From: Eledone cirrhosa
Taxonomy: Eukaryota
Reading direction: 5' to 3'
DNA: 64,000 nt
NCBI GenBank assembly: GCA_964016885.1
Contig: OZ024743.1
Coordinates: forward strand, 115,010,001 to 115,074,000
Shown here: in pieces, positions 24,449-35,928 of the stretch
Numbering within the stretch: the stretch's first letter is position 1
Layout of the letters: every line of letters starts with the position of its first letter
The notes under the pieces: generated by a model
Databases searched by the model: none
What the model saw: only the letters and a program-made list of their open reading frames with translations
What the model was told of the DNA's origin: nothing
Position numbers and translations under genes: made by a program

Positions 24449-24779
24449 TAAATGTGGAAAGTGAGAAACATAGAAATCATAAATAAAATGAATGAAATGA
24501 GCAAGAATTAACTTACCAAAACGATAAGGCATAAAATGATGAACCACTACCACTAAATGTGGAGTGAGTGAAAGATCAAATGGCTGATGATATGGCCGTT
24601 GAATGTTTGAATGAAAATGAAAATGAAAAAGAGGAAGAAACAATATTAATTATCAAAATATTGAGATCCGCTTAATGGTACTGGATTCAATAAGACGTCG
24701 CTGGCTGATGGCTGGGAGACTGAGTACAAGGGAGAATATGGAATTTCATGATCAATTTGAAACAGAAACGACCAAAGGA

Positions 24780-25190
24780 AAAATAGGATCTGAATGTAAT
24801 TCATTGACAAAAGCTGATCTTAAGAAAGAAAGAGATAGTATATTTAATAGCTGCACAAAATCAAGCACTAAACACACACACAATAAGGAACATGTATAAC
24901 CCAGATGAAAGAAACATGTGTAGGCTATGTGGAATAAAGGGAGGAAGTGAATACCTGTGGCATACTTGCGCAGAGGGAATATAAAAGGCGTCACGATAAA
25001 GTATACTTAAAACTCCATTAATATTTGTGCGAGAAATATGGGTTTGCAACCATTGAGAAAGGGTATCATTAAAAACAAAGAAGGTCCTAGAAAACGAGAC
25101 TGAAATTCTTGTGAAACTTTACCGACTAGACAGATAGAGTATTTGAAAATAGGTGTTTGTTGATCTACGTCGCTTGCCCAAAAGTGACTC
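24780..25190 (+). mobile_element. degraded R4/Dong-like non-LTR fragment (zinc-knuckle region)
   Basis: Remnants LKKERDS..., AAQNQAL, CRLC, LAQREYKRRHD. Confidence 0.55.
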
Positions 25191-25329
25191 TCTGATTTCC
25201 GACCTACGCACTATCGAGTGACGTTACTCTAAAGATCCTTAGGAAAAACTCCATTTCAGCCGCTTGTATTGGTGATCGTATTCCTTCAATAATTACCCAA
25301 GATTAATGACTATAAGTAACGGTTGGCAC

Positions 25330-25890
25330 AAATACTGAATTGAAGTTTTTCACCTACATACCTTCTTCCGATTACCGAATTTCTACACCAGCTCCTGCAA
25401 TTAATTTATCCTTCTACCTTCCATCACTCGTGAACACTGCCCCGAGATATATAAACTCTCCACCTGCTTCAGTGGAACTTTTTTCACGTGTAAACTGCAC
25501 TGCACATGCTTCCCTGAGAAGACAATTGTCTCAATTTTCGAAGCACTGATTTTCATTCTAGCTATGCAGCACCCGGCATCAAGCCTATCAAGTGCAAGTC
25601 GGAGATCGTCTTCTGTCGAGTTAAGTATCACCATGTCATCTACAAACTGCAGCTGACTCGTTTTCACCTGCCATTCGTGATACCATTTCCAACGTGGCTA
25701 TGCATGTCAATTGTGTTTAAAAAAATAATGAACAGGATAGGTGTCAGTACACAGCCATGGCGGTGTCCCACTACCACATTGAATGGTTTCGATTTAGCAC
25801 CATTTATCCGAACACAAATACTCGGGCATTCATATAGAGACATCAGGGCAACAGGAACCTGACCATCGACCCCATACTCCTGCAGAACCT
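25330..25890 (-). mobile_element. RTE-type RT fragment
   Basis: VRINGAKSKPFNVVVGHRHGCVLTPILF and LQFVDDMVIL...MKISASK. Confidence 0.75.
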
Positions 25891-26519
25891 TCACCAGCAA
25901 GAGTCAGTTCTATCCATACTAATAAGGATAACAAATTTCAGGATAGGGCCAGCAAATAAGATGAAGGGAAAGGCGACTACACTGAACCCAGTAATTGAAC
26001 GATACTTTATTGTATCGAAATCGGAAGGATGAAAGGTAAAGTTGGTCTCTGGGGTATTAAACCTCAGATCACATAAACCTGGACCAAACCTATTCAGCAT
26101 TTGTTCGACGCTCCATTGACCTTGTCAAACCAACGCTCCTTAATACTAAAATAATTGTTTCTACTTTTGCTGCACGGCGTTACCGGTAATTTATTTTATT
26201 GATCCAGTAAGGATGAAAGGCAAAGTTAACCTTGGCGGGATTTGAACTCAGAACGTAAATGGCCATAACTCTATGCATGGTGTCTGACGATCTACCGATA
26301 CTGCCAATCCTGAAATATATATTTTCTACTCACTCCAAACTAACTTTGTGATACTAGATGAACGTTCAGAAATTCGCTATTTTTGTGGTGTGATTTAAAA
26401 GTTGCATTCCTAAACAGATTACTAAAACATTCACTACTTTCGAATTTGTAGCTGTTCCTATATTGTCTAGTAAATTAGTAAATATAAGATAAAGCCTTTA
26501 ATGTATGTATGTATGTAAG

Positions 26520-27725
26520 TACGTAAAATCCGGGCTCCTGGTGTTACCATGCCTAGGAGTCTGAATGCTGCTCGTCTAAAAGATAATAGTATAAGGAGGG
26601 CTTTGTGAGAAGAGATGCATATTTTGGTAAAGATTGGCCGACCTTTAAAGAGTTTAAAAAGTCAGTTTATGATGTAGGCAGGCGTGTTCCGGGATTGGTG
26701 CATGGAAAGCATCAAGACTGGTTTAATGAAAATGATGAACATGTACATGCATTTTTGGCTAAGAGGCGTGTTCTGTCACGCTACTTGGCAGCAAAACCAG
26801 AGGAGAAGAATATGTTGCATAAGGAACTCAAGGATGTGAAATCACGTGTGAGGCGGAGTCTTTCTCAGATGAAGGATAAGTGGTGGAGTGAGAAGGCTGA
26901 TGAGATATAAGCTGCATCAGATTCCAATAACACAATGCTGTTGTACAATCTCCTTCGTGAAGTTTATGGACCGTCTTCTTCTCTGGTGACACCGCTTCGC
27001 AGCAGGGATGGCAATGAAATTCTTCGTGACTCACAAAGAATTCTACGAAGGTGGCAAGAGCACCTTGATGAATTTTGAATCAGTCGTCTGTCATCAATGA
27101 AGATTTCCCCAATCTCATTCCTGAAAATTAACTCTCGCAGAACCACCGATGCTTCAGGAAGTTGCAGTAGCTCTCTCGAAGCTGAACAGTGGAAGGTCTC
27201 CAGGTATGGATGGCATACATGCAGAACGCTTATAATATGTTGGTGAGAAACTTCTGCGACATCTTCACTCTTTGTTTGGCAGGATATGGGCTAGTGAATC
27301 CGTACCTGAGGACTGGAGATATGCAGTAATGGTAGACTTGTACAAAGGAAAGGGTAACAAGAATAATTATGGAAACTACAGGGGTATATCATTGCTTTCT
27401 GTCGTAGGAACAATTTTTATGTAGGGTGCTTCTAGACTGTTTGCTGACACACATTGCAGATTGTGTTCTTCCTGAAAGTCAATCTGGTTTTTGTGCTGGA
27501 CGCGGCACTACTGATATGATCTTCTCAGCTAGACAGCTCCAGGAGAAGTGCATGGAACAAGTTTGGGATCTGTATCAGGTTTTGTCGATCTGACAAAAGC
27601 TTTCGATACTGTTAACAGAAATGCATTGTGAAAGGTTCTCCAGAAACTTGGTTTCCCTGATAAGTTCCTTGCTTTGGTTAGGTTTTTCCATGACGACGTG
27701 AAGGCTTGGGTTAATGTCAGAGGTA
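26520..27725 (+). mobile_element. BovB-like RTE LINE fragment (linker plus RT N-terminal half), degraded
   Basis: KHQDWFNEND, MKDKWWSEKA, GNYRGISLLS, LPESQSGF.AGRGTTDMIFSARQLQEKC, DLTKAFDTV. Confidence 0.85.
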
Positions 27726-27969
27726 ACAGTTTTACTATAGAGAAACTAGGTAATATGACGTTTGCAGTTTGTCAAGGTCTGTCTTCTTCATACCAGTGGC
27801 TAGTTTATGGAATATGGGGATTAAGGCTGATAGCTAGTTTAAGGGGAAATTTTATACAGGGTCAGCGCTTGGTTTACCTGTATGTTGCTTGCATTGTGTT
27901 CGGTTTTGCTCAATCAACAGTTTTCTTTGCATATATATATATATCTATATATGATATATATATATATAT

Positions 27970-28160
27970 GAACAAAGAAAGTGTGGTAAGAAACCAGGTG
28001 GACCATAACTCACCAGAGTACTCAATACTTAGGGTAGTAGTGTGTGTAATAGGAAAAGAGTTTGGACCGCGACGGCTGAGCTCCGGCCGTTTCGACAGCT
28101 AGAGTTCGGATCAAGCTGTCGAAACGGCCGGAGCTCAGCCCTCGGGGTCCTGACTCTTTT

Positions 28161-28164
<4 letters not shown>
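27970..28164 (-). mobile_element. ~200-bp (TA)n-flanked fold-back element, copy 2
   Basis: Hairpin at 28050-28164. The tail is the reverse complement of the 6870-6948 sequence. Confidence 0.75.
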
Positions 28165-28237
<73 letters not shown>

Positions 28238-28530
28238 CTGTGTGTGTGTGTGTGTGTGTGCGCGTGTGTGTGTGTGTTAATACGAAATAATAGAATAAAC
28301 ATAGTTGTTCAACAAAATATGCCTTGATATTGTGTGGTGTACTGTATATACAGTATCTTAAATCAATAAATGTTTATATCAATATACATATATTTATCTT
28401 CACTGGAGAGTGAGAAATGTTTAACTACAAACCTATTTTGTATAGTGTTTATCAATTTCAAATGTTTGGCCCCACAACATTTTTTTCTTCGAATATGAAT
28501 AAATGATATTATATATATTATATTATATAT

Positions 28531-28921
28531 AACGGTGGATTGGCAGTATCGGTAGAGGGTCGGACGCCATGCTTTGACGCATAGAGTTACGGCGCTTGCC
28601 ATTCTGAGTTCAAATCCCGCCGAGGTTAACTTTGCCTTTCATCCTTACGGGGTCGGTAAAATAAAGTACCTGTAATGTACTGGGTAATTGCTGGCCTTGT
28701 GCCAAAAAGTAGAAATAATTATATATATATATATAAGGGGCGGTGAATTGGCAGTATCGGTAGAGGGTTGGACGCCATGCTTCCTAGCATAGTTACGTCC
28801 CTTTATGGTCTGAGTTCAAATCCCGTCGAGGTAAACTTTCCCTTTCATCCTTACGGGGTTGTTAAAATAAAGTACCAGTGATGTACTGGTTAATTTCTGG
28901 CCTTGTGCCAAAAGTAGAAAC

Positions 28922-28926
<5 letters not shown>
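28531..28926 (+). mobile_element. two tandem Nin/Deu tRNA-SINE copies
   Basis: Copies at 28531-28720 and 28737-28926, separated by (TA)n. Confidence 0.9.
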
Positions 28927-28968
<42 letters not shown>

Positions 28969-29717
28969 GTCACTGATTATTCATATTCATTCAACCAAAG
29001 TAGATTATTAGTGCGATTGCAGGGAAACAGATGATCGCACTTAACGACAATTTTTACATATAATCACACACACACATACATTTATATATATATTCAATGC
29101 ATTACACACTTCACCCTTGGGGATTAATGGACTTTACGTATTTAGGCTTCCATACATTTTAACGTTTTCCCTACATTATTTGAATGCCATTGTTCTTTGC
29201 TCTGTTTTTTTCTCTCACTGTGATTTTAAAATATGTAAGATATTTATTTGTATTTAATTGATTCTGATCAGTTATTCTAGTGTTTAATGGATTTACGAAC
29301 GTTGAATTAGGCTAACAGAAAGGAATATTTAATTCCTACCCTTCATTTTGAGGAAAAAAACCTTTTGTAGCAAGCAGCAATGGTAGCTCCCTGAACTACA
29401 CACACACACACACACACAAATATACATTTATATATATATATATTCAAAATTAATAGGATAATCAAATAACACTTATGAAAAATATTTATTCACTTACAAA
29501 TGTTTTTCATGCATAAATATGTTCAGTTGACAATTAAAATTCAAATGGCAGAAAGTTGAGCGTTAAACAAAGGGTGCCAACTCATACGTTCATGCACCGT
29601 CCTCAGAATAAGGAAGCATAATTCAATAGGAATGTTTCTCAAAATTAACTCACATAAAGCAGTATACTTCAACACTTTCACAAAAAATATACTTGTTAAA
29701 GCAGATATTGAAGAGTG

Positions 29718-29794
<77 letters not shown>

Positions 29795-29813
29795 TGTGTA
29801 TGTGTGTGTGTGT

Positions 29814-29859
<46 letters not shown>

Positions 29860-30008
29860 GTGTGTATATAGTGGCGTACTGGGTTTTAAATTATTGGTTG
29901 CAAGAACGAGACAAAGGGGTCCCACCCACAGCTATAACCCTATCATTTAATGTTTATAAAGAAAAAATAAAATTTTGGTCCATCTGGTTCCTTGCCACAA
30001 TTCCTTTG

Positions 30009-30094
<86 letters not shown>

Positions 30095-30111
30095 GTATAT
30101 ATATGTATATG

Positions 30112-30187
<76 letters not shown>
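29718..30187. repeat. (TG)n tract (29718-29865) and long (TA)n tract (30010-30187)
   Basis: Seen directly in the sequence. Confidence 0.97.
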
Positions 30188-30191
<4 letters not shown>

Positions 30192-30760
30192 TAGCGAGGT
30201 TTTTTATATGAAATCGTGTGTCGAAACAGATATTGTTATATTTGGGGAGGGTCATATTTGCGTAATATTGCCAGAATTAATAACAGAACACACTCACTGT
30301 TTGGTTGGTTTTCGCTTCTCGATGTCTTTTATATCTGCGATCTAACTTACTCGGTACTCAATGTTGCCATTGACTGACCGGCGGTCAAAAATAATACAGA
30401 TACAATATAGACACAAACACATATATATAGTTTACATAATTTACATAAATCTTTCGTTGCACATCTGCAACATCGTCAGTGGTGTTATATTCATTGTTCC
30501 TCCTGTTGTGTTGTATGTCTACGCCATTTTTTATTCAGTCTGTCTATATATTTATTTATTTATTTGCTTGTTTGTTTATCTTATTTTATTTTGTCTTCTT
30601 TGCGCATGCGTTTGCGTGTGTGTATAGTGTTATGTGTGCTGTGTGACTAGTGTGTATAGTGTTGTGTCTGCTGGGTGACTAGTGTGTGTTTATGTGCTTG
30701 TTGTTATTGTGCTTGTGTATGTATTTATTTATCTTATTTTATTTTATTTTATTTACTTAT

Positions 30761-32830
30761 TTATACTTCTCTTAGGTCAGTGTTGTTTGTTTGGGTGTTG
30801 TTGTTGTTCCACTCATTCTTTCTGTTTAGCTTTGGTCTTCTAATTTCTATTTCACTGGCCTCTCTGATTTGCCTATCTGCTGGGTCATTCCTATGTTTAG
30901 ATATTATTCTAATTTCTATGGTGTCTATGTTACCGTCATGTTGTTGTCTAGCATGTTCGTATAGTACTGACCCGTTTTTTCGTCCTTTTAGTTCCCCCCA
31001 GTGTTGGTCTATCCTTTCACCTATGCTACGAGCTGTCTCACCTATGTATGTTGTTGTCATGTTTCTGCAAGTACCCTCTGTACATCTTATGCTATAGACT
31101 ACGTTTCTAGTTTTACAGTTTATCCGGGGGTTCACCTTACATATGATACATTTCCTATTGGTACAGTGGGTTTTCTTAAAAGGGTAGGTTTTGCTGATCA
31201 GGGATTTTATGGTGGTTCCTGGCTTCTCTACCACCTTTATTTTTAAGTGGGTCTTTCTCAGGGCCTTTCTACACTGGTTAGCTAATTTCCCTCCAGGGGT
31301 GGCGTCCACAAACATGACACTCTGATATCTCTGGTTGTCGTACCATGATGTGGCCTTCCCTATCTTATGTCTAGCCCTATCTAAGCTATTCCATGATTTG
31401 CTCCTGTATAGTGGGCAAATTCCTTTCATGTCCAGTTCTATGAGGGTCTTATACTTTTCCATGGCTCCTTCGTATACTCTGACTCTGTCTCTTTGGTTGT
31501 AGCCAGAGAACTGCATGCGGTTGATGAAGTGTTGGATGTGTCTTTCCATTTCTGTTGGGTCGCACATGCTGGACACATTCTTCATCACTCGTACCAAATC
31601 TGCGATCAGAATATTAAACTTAGCACTACTGGACATTGCTGAGTTTTTGAGTATCAGGTATTTGGAGGCCATGGGTTTAGCATAGTGTGAGTGGAGAATT
31701 TGGGCTCTCTCGTCTATAGTGTTAATCCAGAGTTCTGTGTCTAATACAGGTAGTCTATTGTTAGGGTGTTTGGAAGGGAAGTCGATAGTTACAGTTATAC
31801 TCTGGTGTATGGAATTAGCTATCTGCTGGATGCTTTCCATCGTGCTACGTTCTAAATCAAACTTGTTAGTGCTCTCTAGTGGGGGTGTTCTTATAACTAT
31901 ATTGATATCGTCTACATAACGAGAGTACATGATGAGGTCTATGGAGCTTTCATTAAGGAGATTTTTAAGTCTCCTTTCCCACCATACCATGAAAAGGTTG
32001 GCAACATCACCAGCTATGCTGACGCCGATGGCTGCTCCCTCATTTTGGGTGTAGATTTTCTCATTGAACTTAAATATGTGGCCCTTTAGGGTAGTTTTGA
32101 TACTAGCCCCTATTGCATGTGCGACCATTTTTCTTACCTGATCAGTGTTTTGGGGGGTCCGTATAGCTTTGGTCCACCCAATCCACCTTCCTATGGGAGT
32201 CTTTTTAGCCATTGAGGTTATGGTGGGGGGTCTACCTCTTATAGGTCTACTAGGGCAGAAACATCTAAGGTCATGGCTGTCTAGGTAGTCAGTGTCGTAG
32301 GTAAGTCTAAGTAAGAGGCCCAGTTCGTCTGTGTCGACGTCGCAGAACTCCACCTCACTCTCAATGATCATCTCCACACATCTTTTCACAGCAAAATCAA
32401 TGTTAATGGGTGGGTACAGTGACACCACATCCATGCTGCCTATTATGCTGTTGGATAGGCTCCTGTTTTTGTTGCACTCACTGATTCTGCTGAGGAGGTC
32501 CTCTGTACTTTCACATACATCTGGGGACATCTTGATTATGGGGCGTATAACCATTGAGAGGAAGTAGGAGATCCTGTAGTTGCTAGCTATATTAGCTCCG
32601 CATACGAGTCTTGTTGGTGGTCCTGTTGTCGGGTCGTCGACTGTCTTGTGGTCTTTGCGGAGCCCATACAAGGGTGGTATGCCATTGTTAGACGCCTGGA
32701 AGTTGTTGGCAGTGCGTCTGCTTGGCTTTAGGATGTCAGTCCACATCATCATGTGAGCGTTGAGGATTTTTTCTCTCCCATCGTGTGTTAGTTGTGCAAC
32801 TTCGCTCGTGTTGGTGATGTGGGGTTGCAT
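30761..32830 (-). CDS. PLE reverse transcriptase plus C-terminal GIY-YIG endonuclease (uninterrupted 689 aa, N-terminally truncated)
   Basis: LYGLRKDHK, SMDVVSLYP, GAAIG, YSRYVDD, LPVLD, YAKPMAS; CxxC...NVVYSIRC...C...YIGETARSIGERIDQH...H...EA..I.....LN. Confidence 0.92.
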   Translation of the reverse strand: MQPHITNTSEVAQLTHDGREKILNAHMMMWTDILKPSRRTANNFQASNNGIPPLYGLRKDHKTVDDPTTGPPTRLVCGANIASNYRISYFLSMVIRPIIKMSPDVCESTEDLLSRISECNKNRSLSNSIIGSMDVVSLYPPINIDFAVKRCVEMIIESEVEFCDVDTDELGLLLRLTYDTDYLDSHDLRCFCPSRPIRGRPPTITSMAKKTPIGRWIGWTKAIRTPQNTDQVRKMVAHAIGASIKTTLKGHIFKFNEKIYTQNEGAAIGVSIAGDVANLFMVWWERRLKNLLNESSIDLIMYSRYVDDINIVIRTPPLESTNKFDLERSTMESIQQIANSIHQSITVTIDFPSKHPNNRLPVLDTELWINTIDERAQILHSHYAKPMASKYLILKNSAMSSSAKFNILIADLVRVMKNVSSMCDPTEMERHIQHFINRMQFSGYNQRDRVRVYEGAMEKYKTLIELDMKGICPLYRSKSWNSLDRARHKIGKATSWYDNQRYQSVMFVDATPGGKLANQCRKALRKTHLKIKVVEKPGTTIKSLISKTYPFKKTHCTNRKCIICKVNPRINCKTRNVVYSIRCTEGTCRNMTTTYIGETARSIGERIDQHWGELKGRKNGSVLYEHARQQHDGNIDTIEIRIISKHRNDPADRQIREASEIEIRRPKLNRKNEWNNNNTQTNNTDLREV

Positions 32831-32993
32831 TGCCTCGATGTAGTTCTCCTTTGTTCTGTCCTACACCATCTTGTTTGTGTGTGAGTTGTGTGCTTAGTTT
32901 GCGCATGCGTTACATCCGGGTGTGTTTTTATTTGTTTATTTACATGTTACTAGTTAGTTGTTTGTTCTATGTGTGTGTGGTTTCATTTTGTCC

Positions 32994-34945
32994 TCAATTG
33001 TAAGTTGTGATGTTGCTATTCCATTCATGTTTTCTATTTAATTTTGATTGGAGTTCATTTATATTTATTGCCTCTGTGATTTGTCTAAACATTGCGTCTT
33101 TTCTGTGTGTAGATTTTATTTTTATTTCTATGTTCTCTAATTTGCCCTCATGTTCTATTTTAGCATGTTGGTGGAGTACTGATGAGTCTTTTCTATCTTG
33201 GAGTTCTCGCCAGTGTTCATTTAATCGTTCTCCTATGCTACAAGATGTCTTACCTATGTACATTATATTCTTATCTTTACATTGTCCCTCAGTACATCTT
33301 ATGCTATATACTATTTTCTAGTTTTACAGTTAATATGGGGGCTTAGTTTACTGATTATGCATTTCTTATCTATACATGGAGGTCTTTCCACTATCTTAAA
33401 TTTTACTTTAAGTTTATCTAGGGCCCTTCTAAATTTGTAAGGGGTTTTATTGCTATCATACCATGAGTTTATTTTCTTAACCTTATTCCTAGTCCTTTCT
33501 ATTCTATTCCAAAATTTGCTCCTATACAAGGGGCAGGTCCCATTTGTATCATTATTTACCATTTTTTTCCCATTTGGTTCTGGCTCCACTATATACTCTG
33601 ATTTTATCTCTCTGATTGTAACCAGAGAACTGCATATGTTCTAGTTCTTTGCGGTACACGTTCCTCATCACCCTTACTAAATCCGCAATCAGTATGTTAA
33701 TTTTCGTGTGATCCGAAACAGCTGAGTTTCGGTGGATCAGGTATTTTGAAGTCATGGGTTTGGCATAATGGGAATGGAGGATTTGTTTTTTGTTATTAAT
33801 GGTTCCTAACCAGAGCTCTGTGTCTAGTACAGGTAATCGATGGTTGCGGTGTTTGCTTGGGTAGTCTATAGTAACTTTAATACTCTGGTGGATGGAGTTA
33901 GCTATTTGCTGGATGCTTTCCATGGTGTTTTTCTCTAATTCCTGACTGTTCTCAGGTGTTTTTACTATCAACGTAGCGGGAGTGCATAATCAGGGTTAAG
34001 AGGTTGTTGTCTTCTAATTGTTCTTTAAGTTTTTTGTCCCACCATACCATAAATAGGTTAGCTATATCACCTGCAATGCTAACGCCAATGGCTGCTCCCT
34101 CCTCTTGGGCATACATTTTTCCATTAAATTTGAACATATGTTCCTTCAGTGTTAGTGTTATACTGGCCCCCACCGCATGTGCAATCATTTTCTTTAGTTC
34201 ATCAGTGTTTTCGGGGGTCCGTATGGCTCTGGTCCACCCGTCCCATCTTTCTGTATGGGTTTTCTTGGCCATTGAAGTAATGGTAGGTGGTCTGCCTCTT
34301 GCTGGCCTTGTGGGGCAGAGGTTGCTAAGGTCATACGTATCTAGAAAATTATTATTATATGTGAGTTTAAGTAGGAGTCCCAGCTCACTGATATCAATCC
34401 CACGGAATTCAACATTGCTCTCACTGATCATTTCCACGCATTTCTCCACAGCAAAATCCACGTCAATGGATGGGTATAGGGACACTACATCCATACTACC
34501 TATTATACAGTCTGCTAGGTCCCTAGACAGGTTATTTTCGCTGATTCTGCTGAGGAGGTCCTCCGTGCTGTCACATATATCTGGGGACATTTCAATGATG
34601 GGGCGTACGATCAGGGAGAGGAAGTAGAAAAATCTGTTGTTGCTAGCAATGTTAGCTCCACAGACTGGCCGTGTTGGTGGTCCTGTGACTGGGTCACTGT
34701 TCGTATTATGGTCTTTTCGAAGCCCATACAACGCTGGCACGTCATTGTTCCAGGACTGGAAGTTGTTGGCAGTCCGTTTATTGGGCTGCATTATGTTTGT
34801 CCACATCATCATATGGGCGTTGAGGGTTTTCTCCCTATCCTCATTCTCTTGTGGTGTTACTTCTCTTGTGTTAGTGATGTGGGGTTGCATTGCCTGGATG
34901 TAGTTTGACAGACTGTCAACCGACATTCTGCCAGACTTGTCTGTT
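32994..34945 (-). pseudogene. second, frameshifted PLE RT-EN copy (related subfamily)
   Basis: Collinear ORF pieces at 33952-34945, 33552-33971, 33311-33589 and 32994-33263 (SRYVD, YIGKTSCSIGERLNEH). Confidence 0.9.
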
Positions 34946-35026
34946 GGAAAGCACACAACACACACAAAAACAAAATGGCGTAGGACAGAACAAAGGAGAG
35001 GCACAAAACAAAGAAAAGAATACCCA

Positions 35027-35069
35027 GTCACTGATGATGTCACAGAATGTGTGACGAAAGAACTTTGAC
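35027..35069 (+). ncRNA. minimal hammerhead ribozyme in the inverted pLTR
   Basis: GUCA-CUGAUGA-U-GUCACA gaaug UGUGAC-GAAA-GAAC-UU-UGAC. Confidence 0.78.
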
Positions 35070-35641
35070 AATATATGAACAACCGTCCGGTTGTGGAACC
35101 AACCAACCAACCGGAAATTTATAAACTTTTTAAAATTTATAATAAATTAAAGTGAAACAATTGGTGCATGTGTTTCTTATTGGCAACATGACCCTCCCAA
35201 AGTGTAACAATATCGGTTTCAACACACGTTTTCAGATAAAGAATCTTGCTAAACAAATTCAGAAACGAAATATATATATTTAAGATATATATATATAAGT
35301 TTCGAATTTAAACGAAATCGGTTGAAAAATGTGGGTGCTAGAGCCGAAAAGGAGGAAATTTGAGCAAAAAGGTGTTATTTTAGAATATGTAAGCGGCTGC
35401 CACGCGGTTCCTGAACAAAAAAATCCAGAATATATATATATATTTCGTTTCTGAATTTGTTTAGCAAGATTCTTTATCTGAAAACGTGTGTTGAAACCGA
35501 TATTGTTACACTTTGGGAGGGTCATGTTGCCAATAAGAAACACATGCACCAGTTGCTTTCACTTCAATTTATTATAATAAATTTATAAATTTCCGGTTGG
35601 TTGGTTGGTTGGTTCCACAACCAGATGGTTGTTTATATATT

Positions 35642-35684
35642 GTCAAAGTTCTTTCGTCAAACATTCTGTGACCTCTTCAGTGAC
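35642..35684 (-). ncRNA. minimal hammerhead ribozyme in the direct-orientation pLTR
   Basis: Minus strand reads GUCA-CUGAAGA-GGUCACAGAAUGUUUGAC-GAAA-GAAC-UU-UGAC. Confidence 0.72.
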
Positions 35685-35928
35685 TGGGGATTCTTTTCTT
35701 TGTTTTTTGTGCCTCTCCTTTGTTCTGTCCTACGCCATCTTGTTTTTGTGTGTGTGTTGTGAACCATATTAATCTTTGGTTATATATATATATTTATACA
35801 CACCTAAGAAAATAAATAAAATTTCGTTTGTGCAGGACAAATCAAGATTTTTTTGTATGTATGTATGTATGCATTTATTCTGGCTGTTAGATATATAATA
35901 TATTTTGATTTCTATTAATTCCCTAGGG

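Larger units (their letters stand above)
30188..35761 (-). mobile_element. composite Penelope-like insertion: two tandem 5'-truncated RT-EN copies plus tail-to-tail pLTRs
   Basis: The 3' terminus at (TA)n 30188 is homologous to 35445-35550. There are two ORF copies and ~330-bp inverted arms at ~34954-35279 and ~35432-35761. Confidence 0.9.

Noticed and set aside
29650-30255. ORFs of HT, CV and YI repeats (also at 338, 8894, 12062, 16196 and 28042)
   Set aside because: These are dinucleotide microsatellite artefacts.
30452-30479. hammerhead core CUGACGA...GAAA on the minus strand in the 3' UTR of PLE copy 1
   Set aside because: Core and stem II are present but stems I and III do not pair convincingly. 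It is probably a decayed homolog of the 35027 motif.
34004-34903. long plus-strand ORFs (207 aa, 88 aa)
   Set aside because: They are antisense shadows of the PLE RT frame. The same applies to ORFs opposite the RTE copies.
30761-34945. selenocysteine-recoded (Naiad-type) PLE
   Set aside because: The EN is C-terminal, and the intact ORF has no in-frame TGA at Cys positions.
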